From Promethearchaeota archaeon (GTDB taxonomy: Archaea; Asgardarchaeota; Lokiarchaeia; Sigyniarchaeales; SOKP01), in assembly GCA_019058445.1 (NCBI GenBank), contig JAHPZA010000004.1, forward strand, positions 64,001 to 128,000: DNA of 64,000 nt, read 5' to 3'. Below, in pieces: positions 10,638 to 21,700 of this stretch. The notes below the pieces were generated by a model, which was not told the DNA's origin, did not search any database, and saw nothing but the letters and a program-made list of their open reading frames with translations. Numbering within the stretch: the stretch's first letter is position 1; each line of letters opens with the position of its first letter. The position numbers and the translations under genes are program-made.

Positions 10638-12800
10638 TTACGCAAAATCTTTAATTAAACGCACGTAATTTTTTTCCTTCTTTAAATAACCCAAATTACA
10701 TGCATGATTAAAATGAGTATAAAATTTTTTATCTACAATATCCTCTATGCGTGCAAGAGCCCGAAATTTTGAAAATTCCATTTGTCCATTTTCACTATAT
10801 TTAGCGATATTGATTAATGTTTTAAGATTCTTGTTTAAATAAACCTTGTGCTTTTTAGAAACCTCATTTTTCTTGCCTCTCATTTTAAGAATATTATGTC
10901 GCATTCGTGGTTGTTCTATTCTACAAATATCAGAATAAAAGGTAACTCCGAAATCTTTTAATTTCTTAAATTCAGGGGATTTGGAAAAATTATCAATCTG
11001 AGAGATAATTTCTTCAATTGAGCGATCAGCTAGAAGTTCTTTTTCTTCATTCCTTCTTTCTTTGAACTTTCTTATAAGATCTAACTCAGATTGGCATTCT
11101 TTGGATGGAGATATATTAATATTTTTACGATTTAAACCTTTAGATAATTCTAGTTGATTAGCTTCTGTTAAGATGTATTTCATCTCATTTTCCTTTCTAA
11201 AAGATACTATATGAAACGGAACGTCAACAGTTCTAGAAGCCATCAAAATATAACATCTTCCATTACAGAATCTCCCAGTTCTTCCTCGCCTTTGAATTAA
11301 CCTAATTTCTGATGGTACTGGTTCATAAAAAATTATTGCATCAACATTTGGGATATCTAGTCCTTCTTCAGCAACACTGGTGGCTATTAAAATATTAATA
11401 TTATTCTTTCTAAATTCGTTTAGGATCTTAATTTGTTCATTTTGAGAATAGCCAAAATCATCAACTTTCGTTGATTGTCCTATGAATTTTTCGATTGCAT
11501 GTTGTTCGGAGTCAGAAAACCCATCTATTAATTGATTTTTTAATAATTCTGCTGTTTTCCTATATTGGGTAAAAATTATTATCTTTTTATTATTAAATAA
11601 TTCTAATTCCTCTTTAATTATTGATTTTAGTTTATTAATTTTAGGGTGATGTAAATTTGAGTATTCTTTTTTCTTGAATAATGAATTTATAAACTTAAAA
11701 TGCTTTGAATTGGTAATTCTTTTAGCAGATAAAATATCCTGCCCTGCTTTATAAGAAAGTCTTTCTAAAAATGATCGAAAGAGGGAAATATCCTGTGTTT
11801 CTAATAAATCTTTAGCATGAAGTATTGAAATACAACTAGAGCTATAGGAAAAAATAGATTGAATATTCAATTTGTTCTCTTTTACAAGATCAATTATTCT
11901 AGGTGATTGAAAAAATAACTGTTCACCAAATTCCTCATCGAATATGTCCGTGTTGTAAAATTTCTCATATTTTAAGGAAAGGGTTAGATCATGACAAATC
12001 CTTAGAAAATCTATTTTTGAGTAATACTTTTTATAAGGATTAATCAAACTTCTTTCAATAAAAAATCTTAAAAACTTTTTTAATAAATTATCCCAAACTC
12101 CACTAATTTCAAGATAATTTATGGGTAAGTCCACTTTTTCTATAAATGTATCAATATCATAAATATAACGTTTTACATCTTCATCTTCTTGTGATTTGAA
12201 TACAATTTCTTCGATGTATAAGTTATCACAGAGCTGCTGAATGCGAAGCAAATCTTTTCCGGGAGATGCGGTCAAACCCAAAATTAATGGATCTCTACAA
12301 GTGTTAATATACTCTTTTGAAATGAAATTATACGCATAATTGCCTCTGGTTCTATGAGCTTCATCAAAAATTATCAATGCAACTTGACTTAAATCGTATC
12401 TTCCTCTCATTAAATCATTTTTTATTACTTGTGGTGTAGATATAATGATTTTTGAGTTATTAAAAGCAATGATTCTTTTTTCAGGAGAGATTTTTCCAGT
12501 TAATATTGAAATGTTGGATTCATCTACATCTAAAAATTGTTCACAAGACGCTTTATGTTGCGCAACTAAAGGTCTAGTAGGGGCTAAGATTATTGTTTTT
12601 GCTTTACCATTATACTTTTCAAGGGCATTAGCTATTAATAAAATTCCGATTATTGTCTTTCCTAGTCCTGTAGGTAAAACAACTAAACTATTTTTAGCTT
12701 TACATTTTTTTACGATATTCTCTTGATAAAGTCGGTAATGTATGGTATTTTTTTTTAAGAAATTTCCATTAAAATAGTCCGGAGTTTTGTAGAGATTCAT
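10638..12800 (-). CDS. hef: Hef/FANCM/Mph1-like SF2 DNA helicase (no recognisable ERCC4 nuclease domain)
   Basis: LPTGLGKT, DEAH, GLTASPG, ATSVAEEGLDIP, QRRGRTGR. Confidence 0.85.
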   Translation of the reverse strand: MNLYKTPDYFNGNFLKKNTIHYRLYQENIVKKCKAKNSLVVLPTGLGKTIIGILLIANALEKYNGKAKTIILAPTRPLVAQHKASCEQFLDVDESNISILTGKISPEKRIIAFNNSKIIISTPQVIKNDLMRGRYDLSQVALIIFDEAHRTRGNYAYNFISKEYINTCRDPLILGLTASPGKDLLRIQQLCDNLYIEEIVFKSQEDEDVKRYIYDIDTFIEKVDLPINYLEISGVWDNLLKKFLRFFIERSLINPYKKYYSKIDFLRICHDLTLSLKYEKFYNTDIFDEEFGEQLFFQSPRIIDLVKENKLNIQSIFSYSSSCISILHAKDLLETQDISLFRSFLERLSYKAGQDILSAKRITNSKHFKFINSLFKKKEYSNLHHPKINKLKSIIKEELELFNNKKIIIFTQYRKTAELLKNQLIDGFSDSEQHAIEKFIGQSTKVDDFGYSQNEQIKILNEFRKNNINILIATSVAEEGLDIPNVDAIIFYEPVPSEIRLIQRRGRTGRFCNGRCYILMASRTVDVPFHIVSFRKENEMKYILTEANQLELSKGLNRKNINISPSKECQSELDLIRKFKERRNEEKELLADRSIEEIISQIDNFSKSPEFKKLKDFGVTFYSDICRIEQPRMRHNILKMRGKKNEVSKKHKVYLNKNLKTLINIAKYSENGQMEFSKFRALARIEDIVDKKFYTHFNHACNLGYLKKEKNYVRLIKDFA

Positions 12801-12987
12801 TTAAAATATACAAAACTAATTCATAATTTAAAGGAGATATCTGTGGGGATTTTTTAGAATTTAATTTTAGCAATTTAAGGTCTAATAAGATGCAAATATA
12901 ATGATTTGAGAACATATAGATTTAAATTGAGAACAAATCTAAGTTAATATAATTTAATTTAAAAAAAGTTCTTAAAAGGTTAAAAAA

Positions 12988-14406
12988 TTGAGTTCTAATC
13001 AAAGTGTTATATTTGAGGAAAAACTGCCGAAAAATACAAAGTTTGCGTTTGGGTTTGGACAGACGGTGCACACAATTTTATCTAACGTTGCCTTTGCTGC
13101 GATGACTTTTTATTATAATGTAAAATTAGGATTAAGTGAAGAATATATTGGGTTGGCTTGGCTTATTTTTGCATTTTGGAATGCCATAAATGACCCTCTG
13201 TTTGGTTTTATCCAAGATCGAACCAAGACAAAATGGGGTCGTAGGATTCCATATATCCGCTTTGGAGCTCCAGTGTATGGGATTTTATTCATTCTGGTAT
13301 GGTTCCCTTTAGTTAATATAACTAATGAGTTTGCATTATTTCTGTATCTACTATTTATTTTGTTCACATTTGATAGCATCTATACGATAATAGGGCTTAT
13401 ATATTATTCATTACCCGCAGAAATGGCGATATCTTCAAAAGCGCGGGCAAATTTAATGATTTATGGTTCCATTTTTAGTGCTTTAGGATTTTTAATCTCA
13501 CTTATATTACCTATACTGCTACTTACTGGGAGTGAGTCAACAACAGTTGACCCAACATTTTTAATCGCGATGGTTATAGTTGGAATATTTTGTTCTGGAG
13601 TATTATTTATTTGTAGCTACTATTTAAAAGAAAATAAATACACTCAAATTGAAGAGGCTTTAAATATGGTTGATAGCTTGAAAGAGACGTTTAAAAATAA
13701 ACCATTTCTAATTTTTGAGGTTAGTATTTTCTGCTTTCTTATAGCACAGACAATTTTAACTACAGCGGTGTTTTATTATATAGACTACGTGCTAGAATTA
13801 GGAGGTGTTTTAGGATTAATTCCTATTTTAATCTTTTTCGCTATGGTCTTTGCATTTACATATACTTATAGTAAATTGGTTGCGAAGCATGGATTGAAAA
13901 AAGTATACATTTTAAGCCTTATTTTAAGTGGTGTAGGATTTTTAATAGGTTTTTTAATTGGTCGCACCTTCATAACTGCAATAATCTTCTTTATCATTAT
14001 TGGTATCGGATTTTCTGGGATTTTTTTAACTCAGCAAGCTGTATTTGCTGAAACAATTGATCATGATGAGATCCTTACGTCAAAAAGAAGAGAGACAAGC
14101 TATAGTGGTGTTAACGCATTGATAACTAAACCGGCAATTTCTATTGCAAATTTTCTGTTTTTGATAACAATTTCATCGTTTGGGTTTCAAAGAGCCTCTC
14201 AGACTCAAACAGAAACTGCTCAATTAGGAATTATGATTGGATTTACTATTTTGCCAGCGATATTTATTTTAGTAAGCATTATAGCAATTAAATTCTTTCC
14301 CTTGGACGGAGATGAATGGCATAAGCAGAAGCTTGAATTGAAAAAAATTCATGACGAGAAAGAAAAAGCGTACCTAGCATATTTAAAAGAACAGGGAGCA
14401 ATATAA
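12988..14406 (+). CDS. MFS glycoside-pentoside-hexuronide (MelB-like) transporter
   Basis: NAINDPLFGFIQDRTKTKWGRRIPYI signature; about 12 TM helices. Confidence 0.9.
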   Translation: MSSNQSVIFEEKLPKNTKFAFGFGQTVHTILSNVAFAAMTFYYNVKLGLSEEYIGLAWLIFAFWNAINDPLFGFIQDRTKTKWGRRIPYIRFGAPVYGILFILVWFPLVNITNEFALFLYLLFILFTFDSIYTIIGLIYYSLPAEMAISSKARANLMIYGSIFSALGFLISLILPILLLTGSESTTVDPTFLIAMVIVGIFCSGVLFICSYYLKENKYTQIEEALNMVDSLKETFKNKPFLIFEVSIFCFLIAQTILTTAVFYYIDYVLELGGVLGLIPILIFFAMVFAFTYTYSKLVAKHGLKKVYILSLILSGVGFLIGFLIGRTFITAIIFFIIIGIGFSGIFLTQQAVFAETIDHDEILTSKRRETSYSGVNALITKPAISIANFLFLITISSFGFQRASQTQTETAQLGIMIGFTILPAIFILVSIIAIKFFPLDGDEWHKQKLELKKIHDEKEKAYLAYLKEQGAI

Positions 14407-14485
14407 ATTTTAGCTCCATTTTTTTTTAAGAAAATAGAACTAGTCTTGTAATAGGAAAGACTTAAAAGTCAATATTAGTTGATTT

Positions 14486-15523
14486 TTATTTTTCTCTTTG
14501 CGTGCGAAGGGAAATCCATTTGTGTCTTGCTAATGGGTTGTTAGGATCTAATTGAAGTGCTTTATCATAACAATTAGCAGCCTCATCAAAGTTTTTATTG
14601 TATTCATATGCATATCCCAGATTTATCCACATGTCAACATCTTCAGGCTTTTTCTCAAGAACTATTTTATAAGTTTTAATTAATGGAATTTTTCTCCTTA
14701 TGGCATGGTCTGGGGCAAGATTTATTGCTTTTTCATAAAATTCAATCGCAGATTCATATTCTTTTTTAGCAGCATAGAGATTTCCTACATTTAACCATAA
14801 ATCAATATCATACGGAGCTATTTCGGTTGCTTTTTCGTAACATACCAGTGCTTTATCATATTCCTTATTTGCCTCATATAATATTGCTAATCCTTCCCAA
14901 GCCTCTAAACTATAAGGATCCAAGGATAAGATGTTCCTATAATTTTCGATCTTTTTATCTTGAGCCTCTTTCTCATTAAAAAGTTCATTGGAATCCGATA
15001 TGACTGAAATAATTTTTTTATAAATATTAATCGCACCGTTATCGTCATTTTTTAACTCATATGTGCTGGCCAAAGAATTCCACGCATCTATTATAGTAGG
15101 ATCTAACTCAACTGTTTTGGTATAACTTTCAATAGCTTTACTTATCTTATTTTTTTCATGGTAAGCTCTACCCAAACCGAACCATATCTCAGCATTATCT
15201 GGATCTAATTCGATTGCCTTATCGTAGCATCTAATTGCTTTATCGTATTTTTCTTTGTTGAAATTTAAATTTCCTAAATATTTCCAGACAATTGGAGATT
15301 TTTTATTCAAATCCAGAGCTTTTTTTGTAAGTTTAGTAACCTTGTCTGAGCTCATTTCTTTGAAATTTAATTGGGAGTGAACAAATCCTAGCATCATCAT
15401 AATTTCTGCGTTATTGGGATCTTCCTCTAATGTTTTCTTAAGGAAACTTAATGCTCCCTCGAAATTCTTATGTTGTATAAATTTCTCAGCAATTTTAGAG
15501 GTCTGTTGAATTTCCATTGCCAT
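14486..15523 (-). CDS. TPR-repeat protein
   Basis: Repeated W..LG..Y......A...Y.KA.EL.P 34-aa units. Confidence 0.9.
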   Translation of the reverse strand: MAMEIQQTSKIAEKFIQHKNFEGALSFLKKTLEEDPNNAEIMMMLGFVHSQLNFKEMSSDKVTKLTKKALDLNKKSPIVWKYLGNLNFNKEKYDKAIRCYDKAIELDPDNAEIWFGLGRAYHEKNKISKAIESYTKTVELDPTIIDAWNSLASTYELKNDDNGAINIYKKIISVISDSNELFNEKEAQDKKIENYRNILSLDPYSLEAWEGLAILYEANKEYDKALVCYEKATEIAPYDIDLWLNVGNLYAAKKEYESAIEFYEKAINLAPDHAIRRKIPLIKTYKIVLEKKPEDVDMWINLGYAYEYNKNFDEAANCYDKALQLDPNNPLARHKWISLRTQREK

Positions 15524-15592
15524 ATCTAAATATCAAAATTGTTTTATAAGATCGCTATAAAATATAAAGAAACCCAAGTTAATAAATATGAA

Positions 15593-15664
15593 TTAAAAAC
15601 AAAAAAAATGCCATAACTGTGATTTCATAATTATAAATGATAAGCAAATTCACACAGTTATGGC
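15593..15664 (-). terminator. Perfect 12-bp inverted repeat followed by a T-tract on the minus strand (terminator-like or structured RNA)
   Basis: GCCATAACTGTG (15610-15621) pairs with CACAGTTATGGC (15653-15664) across a 31-nt spacer; the minus strand continues ATTTTTTTTGTTTTT. Confidence 0.5.
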
Positions 15665-15762
15665 GGTTATATGGGTTTTATGATAATGCATCCAAAGTAC
15701 TAAAAACGCACTAATCATATATTTTTATAGCTTAGAATTTGTAAGGATAATTAGATTTGTAA

Positions 15763-16776
15763 TTATATTTTATTTGTAGGATAAAATTTTATCTTCTTTT
15801 TCTCTTTCACATGGGTTACCAGATTTTTCTGTTCTAACAATTTTAGTGTGAGACATACCCAACCACGACCAATTCGTTGTATTATCTTAGCTCCTTGAGG
15901 ATAAAGCTCATCAATTAATTCTGTTGGAGTGATCCCCCTTTCTGGATATTTACTAACGATTCCAATAACTTGTTTTGTACGTTCTTTTCTATGGGTTATA
16001 ATTTCTTCAACACGCCGTATTGGATTTTTTATAGACCTCCCATGAGCGGGTAATACTAGTTTAAAATTAGGTAGATTCTTGATTACATCAAGGGAATCCA
16101 AATACGATCCGATATCACTCCCCGGGGGTCCTATCCAAGTGGTTAGACTTTTAATTATATTATCTCCAGATAATAATATCCCTCTCTCTTTATTATAAAG
16201 GGAAATATGGTCTTTTGCATGACCCGGTGAAGGAATTACATTCCAGATTTCATTATTTATTAATATTTCTGTATCTTCTTCAATAAACTCATCGGGACTA
16301 TCAAGAAATTTAATACCAAAAGCGAATTTAAAAAAAACCCAATGAAAATAATCCTTTATCTTAGTTATAGCACGGTTCCAAAACTTTTTAACAAGGAATA
16401 AATCATCTAAAAGATCTGCTTGGCGAGTGGACCTATAAGCTTTCTTATTTTTAATGATAGTAGCCATATCTTTTGTTAAAATCACTTTAAGTCCTAATTT
16501 TTTTCTCAATTTATATAAACCAGATATATGATCTGGATGAGTATGGCTTGGTAAAATACGTGTTAATTTAAATTCCTTATTTTGAGAATTGTATAATGAT
16601 TCAATCTCTTCAATCTCTTTAATCACATATTTTATAGTTTTTTTATCACCATATCCAGCGTCAAATATTAATCCATCACCATCTCCTGCGATTACATAAA
16701 TATTAACAGGAGGTTTTCGTAATTTTATGACTCCTTTTTCCTTTATAATGAATATACCGTGAGAAATTTCTTTCAT
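15763..16776 (-). CDS. Metallo-beta-lactamase-fold hydrolase (LACTB2-like, C-terminal winged helix)
   Basis: SHTHPDH, PGHAKDH, SGD, PAHG motifs. Confidence 0.85.
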   Translation of the reverse strand: MKEISHGIFIIKEKGVIKLRKPPVNIYVIAGDGDGLIFDAGYGDKKTIKYVIKEIEEIESLYNSQNKEFKLTRILPSHTHPDHISGLYKLRKKLGLKVILTKDMATIIKNKKAYRSTRQADLLDDLFLVKKFWNRAITKIKDYFHWVFFKFAFGIKFLDSPDEFIEEDTEILINNEIWNVIPSPGHAKDHISLYNKERGILLSGDNIIKSLTTWIGPPGSDIGSYLDSLDVIKNLPNFKLVLPAHGRSIKNPIRRVEEIITHRKERTKQVIGIVSKYPERGITPTELIDELYPQGAKIIQRIGRGWVCLTLKLLEQKNLVTHVKEKKKIKFYPTNKI

Positions 16777-16836
16777 ATTAGCTCCTAAAAAGAGAAATTA
16801 GATTTAAACATTTTCAAATTCGATAATTTAAGCTTA

Positions 16837-18555
16837 TTAATACCATCTCTGATAGTTTAGGACTTGTGTTTCTTTTTTTAAAACGACTATGAGAAAAGCG
16901 CAGATAAACGAACCTCCTATAAACAACACAGGAAAGAGAATTATGAGAAGAAAAGTCACCTCTCCAGCTGCAATTGCTACGAATATATTAAATAAAATAT
17001 AAACACTCATGAAAAGAAGAGCTCCAGTCATTCCTATGAGATTATAAACTAAAAATAACCAACCCCACATACTTTTTTTCCCGTTATAATTTTTTCTTAA
17101 TTTTAGAAGGGTCACTGTAGTTAAGATCATAATTACACCACATATTATTTCATAAATTGATTGGGTAAATAATAATGCCCAAGCAATACTTCCCACTAAA
17201 AATAAAATTAAGAAAAATAAAACCAAACTAGTAATGATAAATAATACTCCCAAGATTATAGAAATTACTAGTAGTGCCATGGTGAAACCCCCATATAGCT
17301 TCATCGGTCTTGGTTTTTTCTGTTTTAGTAGATTAAAGTTCACACCGCAATTAGTACAAAAGTTATGGGAAGGATTAATAGCAATCCCACAGTTAGGACA
17401 ATAGTTAAACACTTTACTAGTTTTTTCTTCTGAAAGCTCATTTCTCTCCTTTAGGATGATATCATCCCAAACTACGCATTTAACACCTGGATGGGCTAGA
17501 ATTATTCCCGTCTCGGGGCACCGATGAGTATTCTCTGCTGCTTTTTGAGCGCGTTTGTAGAAAACAAAAAGAAAAATATAGGAGATTACAGCCAATCCTA
17601 GTTGAGTAATAACTATTACTAGAATCATTAACTCCATATCTTGAATATTAATTGCTAAGAATATAAGATAAATCCACACTCCTGAACTATTCCATAAAAA
17701 ATGGAGACTGATAGGAATAAGCCAGATCGGGATAAATCTTTTTAAAAATTTTTTCATTTGAATTCTGAGGGGCAGGTCTTCTTCCCCGAGCTCAAAGCGT
17801 AGTCTTTCAGCTTTTCCCGCGGCATACCCTCCAAAAGATCCGCCCAATATATGTATAGGACCAAAATTTCTAAGAGTTACTTGTAAATATACATCGAGAG
17901 CTGTACCAGCGCTTAAAAAGGTAAAAGTTATATAGCTTGCCGTTTCTATGGCCTCAAATACTAATCCAATTAAAAGGCCGGTAAGGAAGCCATTTAGTTC
18001 ATTTCCTAACATGCCTTTTCTTTTTTTCTCAGGATCTTTACCCCTTTTGAATACTATAAAAAAAGCTAAAATTGAGGGAAGGGATTTATTGAACTCTTCT
18101 ACCAATGCGGGTGTAATCGCATAAGCACCTACTGTAAATATAATTGTGGCACCTAATAAATCATCTGTAAATAGATAAAAAATTAACGCGATCGTCATCC
18201 AAATAGTGAATATGCCTGTGTTCCAATAGGCTGCCCAAGTAATAACACAAATACCCATTAATAAAAATAAAATTAAATATTGGCGAGTTCCCCCTACTAT
18301 TTCTTCATTTTTAGGCCATTTTTTTGCATTCCAGTGGTAGAAAATTAGCCATATCACATAAGTGAAAATTGGTGCTATAATTGCATAACTATAAATCGTA
18401 TAAACCAATATAGAATCTGGTATATTTTTAGATGTTATAATTACCAATACGATAATCGCATATATAACGGATATAACAAACAGGAATAGCCATATTATCT
18501 TTTTAGATGATTTTAACTTAAAGTTAGCAGGGGTATAAGGATTACTCGAAGACAT
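16837..18555 (-). CDS. PrsW-family intramembrane metalloprotease with Zn ribbon and extra TM helices
   Basis: VEEFNK, FEAIE, IHILGG, LHFLWN motifs; CPNC...CTNC ribbon. Confidence 0.8.
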   Translation of the reverse strand: MSSSNPYTPANFKLKSSKKIIWLFLFVISVIYAIIVLVIITSKNIPDSILVYTIYSYAIIAPIFTYVIWLIFYHWNAKKWPKNEEIVGGTRQYLILFLLMGICVITWAAYWNTGIFTIWMTIALIFYLFTDDLLGATIIFTVGAYAITPALVEEFNKSLPSILAFFIVFKRGKDPEKKRKGMLGNELNGFLTGLLIGLVFEAIETASYITFTFLSAGTALDVYLQVTLRNFGPIHILGGSFGGYAAGKAERLRFELGEEDLPLRIQMKKFLKRFIPIWLIPISLHFLWNSSGVWIYLIFLAINIQDMELMILVIVITQLGLAVISYIFLFVFYKRAQKAAENTHRCPETGIILAHPGVKCVVWDDIILKERNELSEEKTSKVFNYCPNCGIAINPSHNFCTNCGVNFNLLKQKKPRPMKLYGGFTMALLVISIILGVLFIITSLVLFFLILFLVGSIAWALLFTQSIYEIICGVIMILTTVTLLKLRKNYNGKKSMWGWLFLVYNLIGMTGALLFMSVYILFNIFVAIAAGEVTFLLIILFPVLFIGGSFICAFLIVVLKKETQVLNYQRWY

Positions 18556-18792
18556 ATTTATCCTTGTTATGTATCTAATTTATATATTATTATAAAGGTT
18601 TATTGCTTAAACTAAGATTTTCTTTTAAAATATGTGAGGTAGTCCATATTTATTAAAATTGTTAATTAAAAACTAAATATATGAAGGACATATTTCAATT
18701 TTCCACTTCTGTATGTATTTATTCATCAAAGAAATCTTTTAAATAATTTGATACGTAATGTTATATTGTAAATCCCAAAAAGATGAAAATTT

Positions 18793-21700
18793 ATGAAAAA
18801 AAGAAATATAAATAAAATACTCCTATTTGTATTTTTCCTTACTTTAACTGTCAATGGGACATTGAACTCTAACAATACACCTAATAGAAAGGGATTTCAT
18901 AAAGATAGTACTCGAATTAAATCCGATCCTAAATTGGCTGAATCAGGAGGATATGGTGTTGAATGGTATCGTACTTATGGAAATGCATTAGTGGACGATC
19001 ATTGTGTCGACATGGCAATGAGTTCTTCAGAAGATCTCTATTTAATTGGTAACACTGATATTGTAAAATACAATAAATTTGGCAGTCATCAATGGACACG
19101 TGAATGGTATATTAGTGGTGATGATGATGGAAATGCAGTCACAGTAGATTCTTCGGGAAATATATACATTGCTGGCGAAGCAAATAATGAAATGTGTTTA
19201 GTCAAATATAGTAGTAGTGGAACTCATCAATGGAGTCGAACAATTAGCATTTCAAATATCGATGAAGCATTTGCAGTCGCAGTAGACGCTTCAAATTATA
19301 TTTATATTGCTGGTGAATCATATACATCCGGCACTTGGCCACTTAGAGATTTTGTCCTTGTAAAGTATAGTAGTTCAGGATCTCATCAATGGACACGAAC
19401 ATTAGATTTGTCCGAAGAAGATACTTGTACGGCTATTACAACCGATTCATCTAATAATATATATTTGGGAGGCACTTCACGATATGGATATGGGGGAGAT
19501 ATTTATTTTACAGTGGCAAAATACACTAGTAGTGGCTCTCTTCAATGGAGTAGGACATGGAATACAGGATCAGCTATGGTTAAATGTGGGGGCATCGATT
19601 TAGATACATCAAATAATATATATTTAGGAGGAGGAGTATATGTTAGCTCCACATATCAAACAATTCTAACAAAATTTAGCAGTTCGGGTTCATATATCTG
19701 GAACAGAAAATGGGGGGGAAGTGGTTGGGAGATAGCTTATGATATTGCGATTGATGCAAATAATAATATATATCTAGGAGGTTATACTACTTCTTATGGA
19801 GCGGGATTATATGATTTTTGTTTTTTAGTTTATACTAGTAATGGTGCCTTACAAACATATGAGACATGGGGTGGTACACAATATGATTATGGTCGTGGTA
19901 TCGCTGTATCTGCTGATAAAAACGTTTACCTTGCGGGACATAGTTTAAGTTATGGCCCGGGAAAATATGATATGTGCCTCGTAAAATTTAATCCTGCACC
20001 TCAAATTACTATCAATTCTCCAAGTCCAGATCAAGTATTTGGCACAATCGCTCCTGGATTTGACGTTTCCATACTTGATTTAGACTTAATTGAACGCTAT
20101 TATCAATTAAATGGTGGGACGAGTTATCCATTTTCTGGCTCAACAGGAATAATTGATCAAAATGCGTGGAACTCATGTGATGATGGACCTGTAAATATTA
20201 CTTTTTATGGGAGAGACCCAGGTGGAGTTGTATATGAGCAAGTCACCGTTTATAAAGACACAACGGGACCGAATATTACGATCCTCTCTCCCAAAATCCA
20301 CGAAATCTGTGGGAACAAGACAATTCGGTTTGAGCTTTCTATTGAGAATAATGATCACGAGGCTATTTGGTATACTGTAAATGGAAGTCAAACATTTATA
20401 GCTCCAGGTAAAGAAGGTATTATAAATGAAAATGCATGGAATGCTTGCGGAAATGGCTCTGTAAATATTTGTTTTTATGCTAATGATTCACTTAATAATA
20501 TTGGGTATAAAAATATTACAGTTGAGAAAGATCTTTATTATCCATTTATTGAAATTATTTCTCCAATCCCAGACCAGTTATGTGGAATTAGTGCTCCTCA
20601 GTATAACATTTCAATTTCCACATTATCAGCTAACACAACATGGTACACTTTAAATAATAGTCAGAAATATTTTATTAATGAAATGTCTGGTAAGTTGAAT
20701 CAGACTGCGTGGAATGAGTGTACAAGTGAAATTATAGTTATTAAATTCTTTGTAAATAATAGTGTCAGTGTTGAAAACTATGAAGAAGTTTTTATAAGAA
20801 AGGATACTGCAATACCAAATATTACTATTATTACTCCAGCTTCATTTCAAATAGTCGGAAATAGGACGTTCGAATTTGATCTTTCAATTTCAAATACAGA
20901 TTTTACGCAGATTTGGTATTCAATTAATGGAAGTGAGAATTATACCGCATCGGGATTAAATGATATAATTAATCGAACATTATGGGAATCTTTTGATAAT
21001 GGAACTATATTAATTACATTTTATGCAAAAAATAGTGCTGGGAATATAGGGTCAAAAAATATTACACTGTTAAAAGATCTTAAACACCTATATGAAAAAA
21101 AGTTATATGCAATTATTGTGGGGATTGAAGATTATCCCGGGACTATAAATGACTTGAATTACTGTAAGGAGGATGCATTGTCAATCAGAAACTTTCTCAA
21201 TATAAAATACAATGTTAAATCTTCAAATATCATAACTTTATTTGATTCCAGCGCAACCCTAAATAGCATTTCTAATGCGTTTAATACAGTTAGTGCTAAG
21301 ATTTATCCAGAAGATATTTTCTTTTTCTATTATTCTGGACATGGAGGGAGCAGTTCTTCACAATATTTATGCCCCTATGATTCATTACCTTCAAATCCAA
21401 GTAAATTATTGTACGATACAAATTTGGATTCACTTCTTGATACACTATCCTCTTCTCAAAACTTTGTAATAATTGATGCATGCAATAGTGGAGGCATGAT
21501 CGCAGAGAGTTCTGCATCTGGCAGATTTTTCATAACAGCTTGTGATGTATTAGAATATAGCATAGAGACCCATTATCTCCATCATGGAGTGTTTACCCAT
21601 TTTTTCCTTGAATCATTTGATAATGCATTGGATATCCACGAAGATGAGATAGTTTCTATGGAAGAACAATATGGTTATACTGGGTATAATACATGGGAAT

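Noticed and set aside
15610-15664. SECIS element / selenoprotein
   Set aside because: No convincing UGA/GA quartet geometry, and the neighbouring genes have no in-frame TGA.
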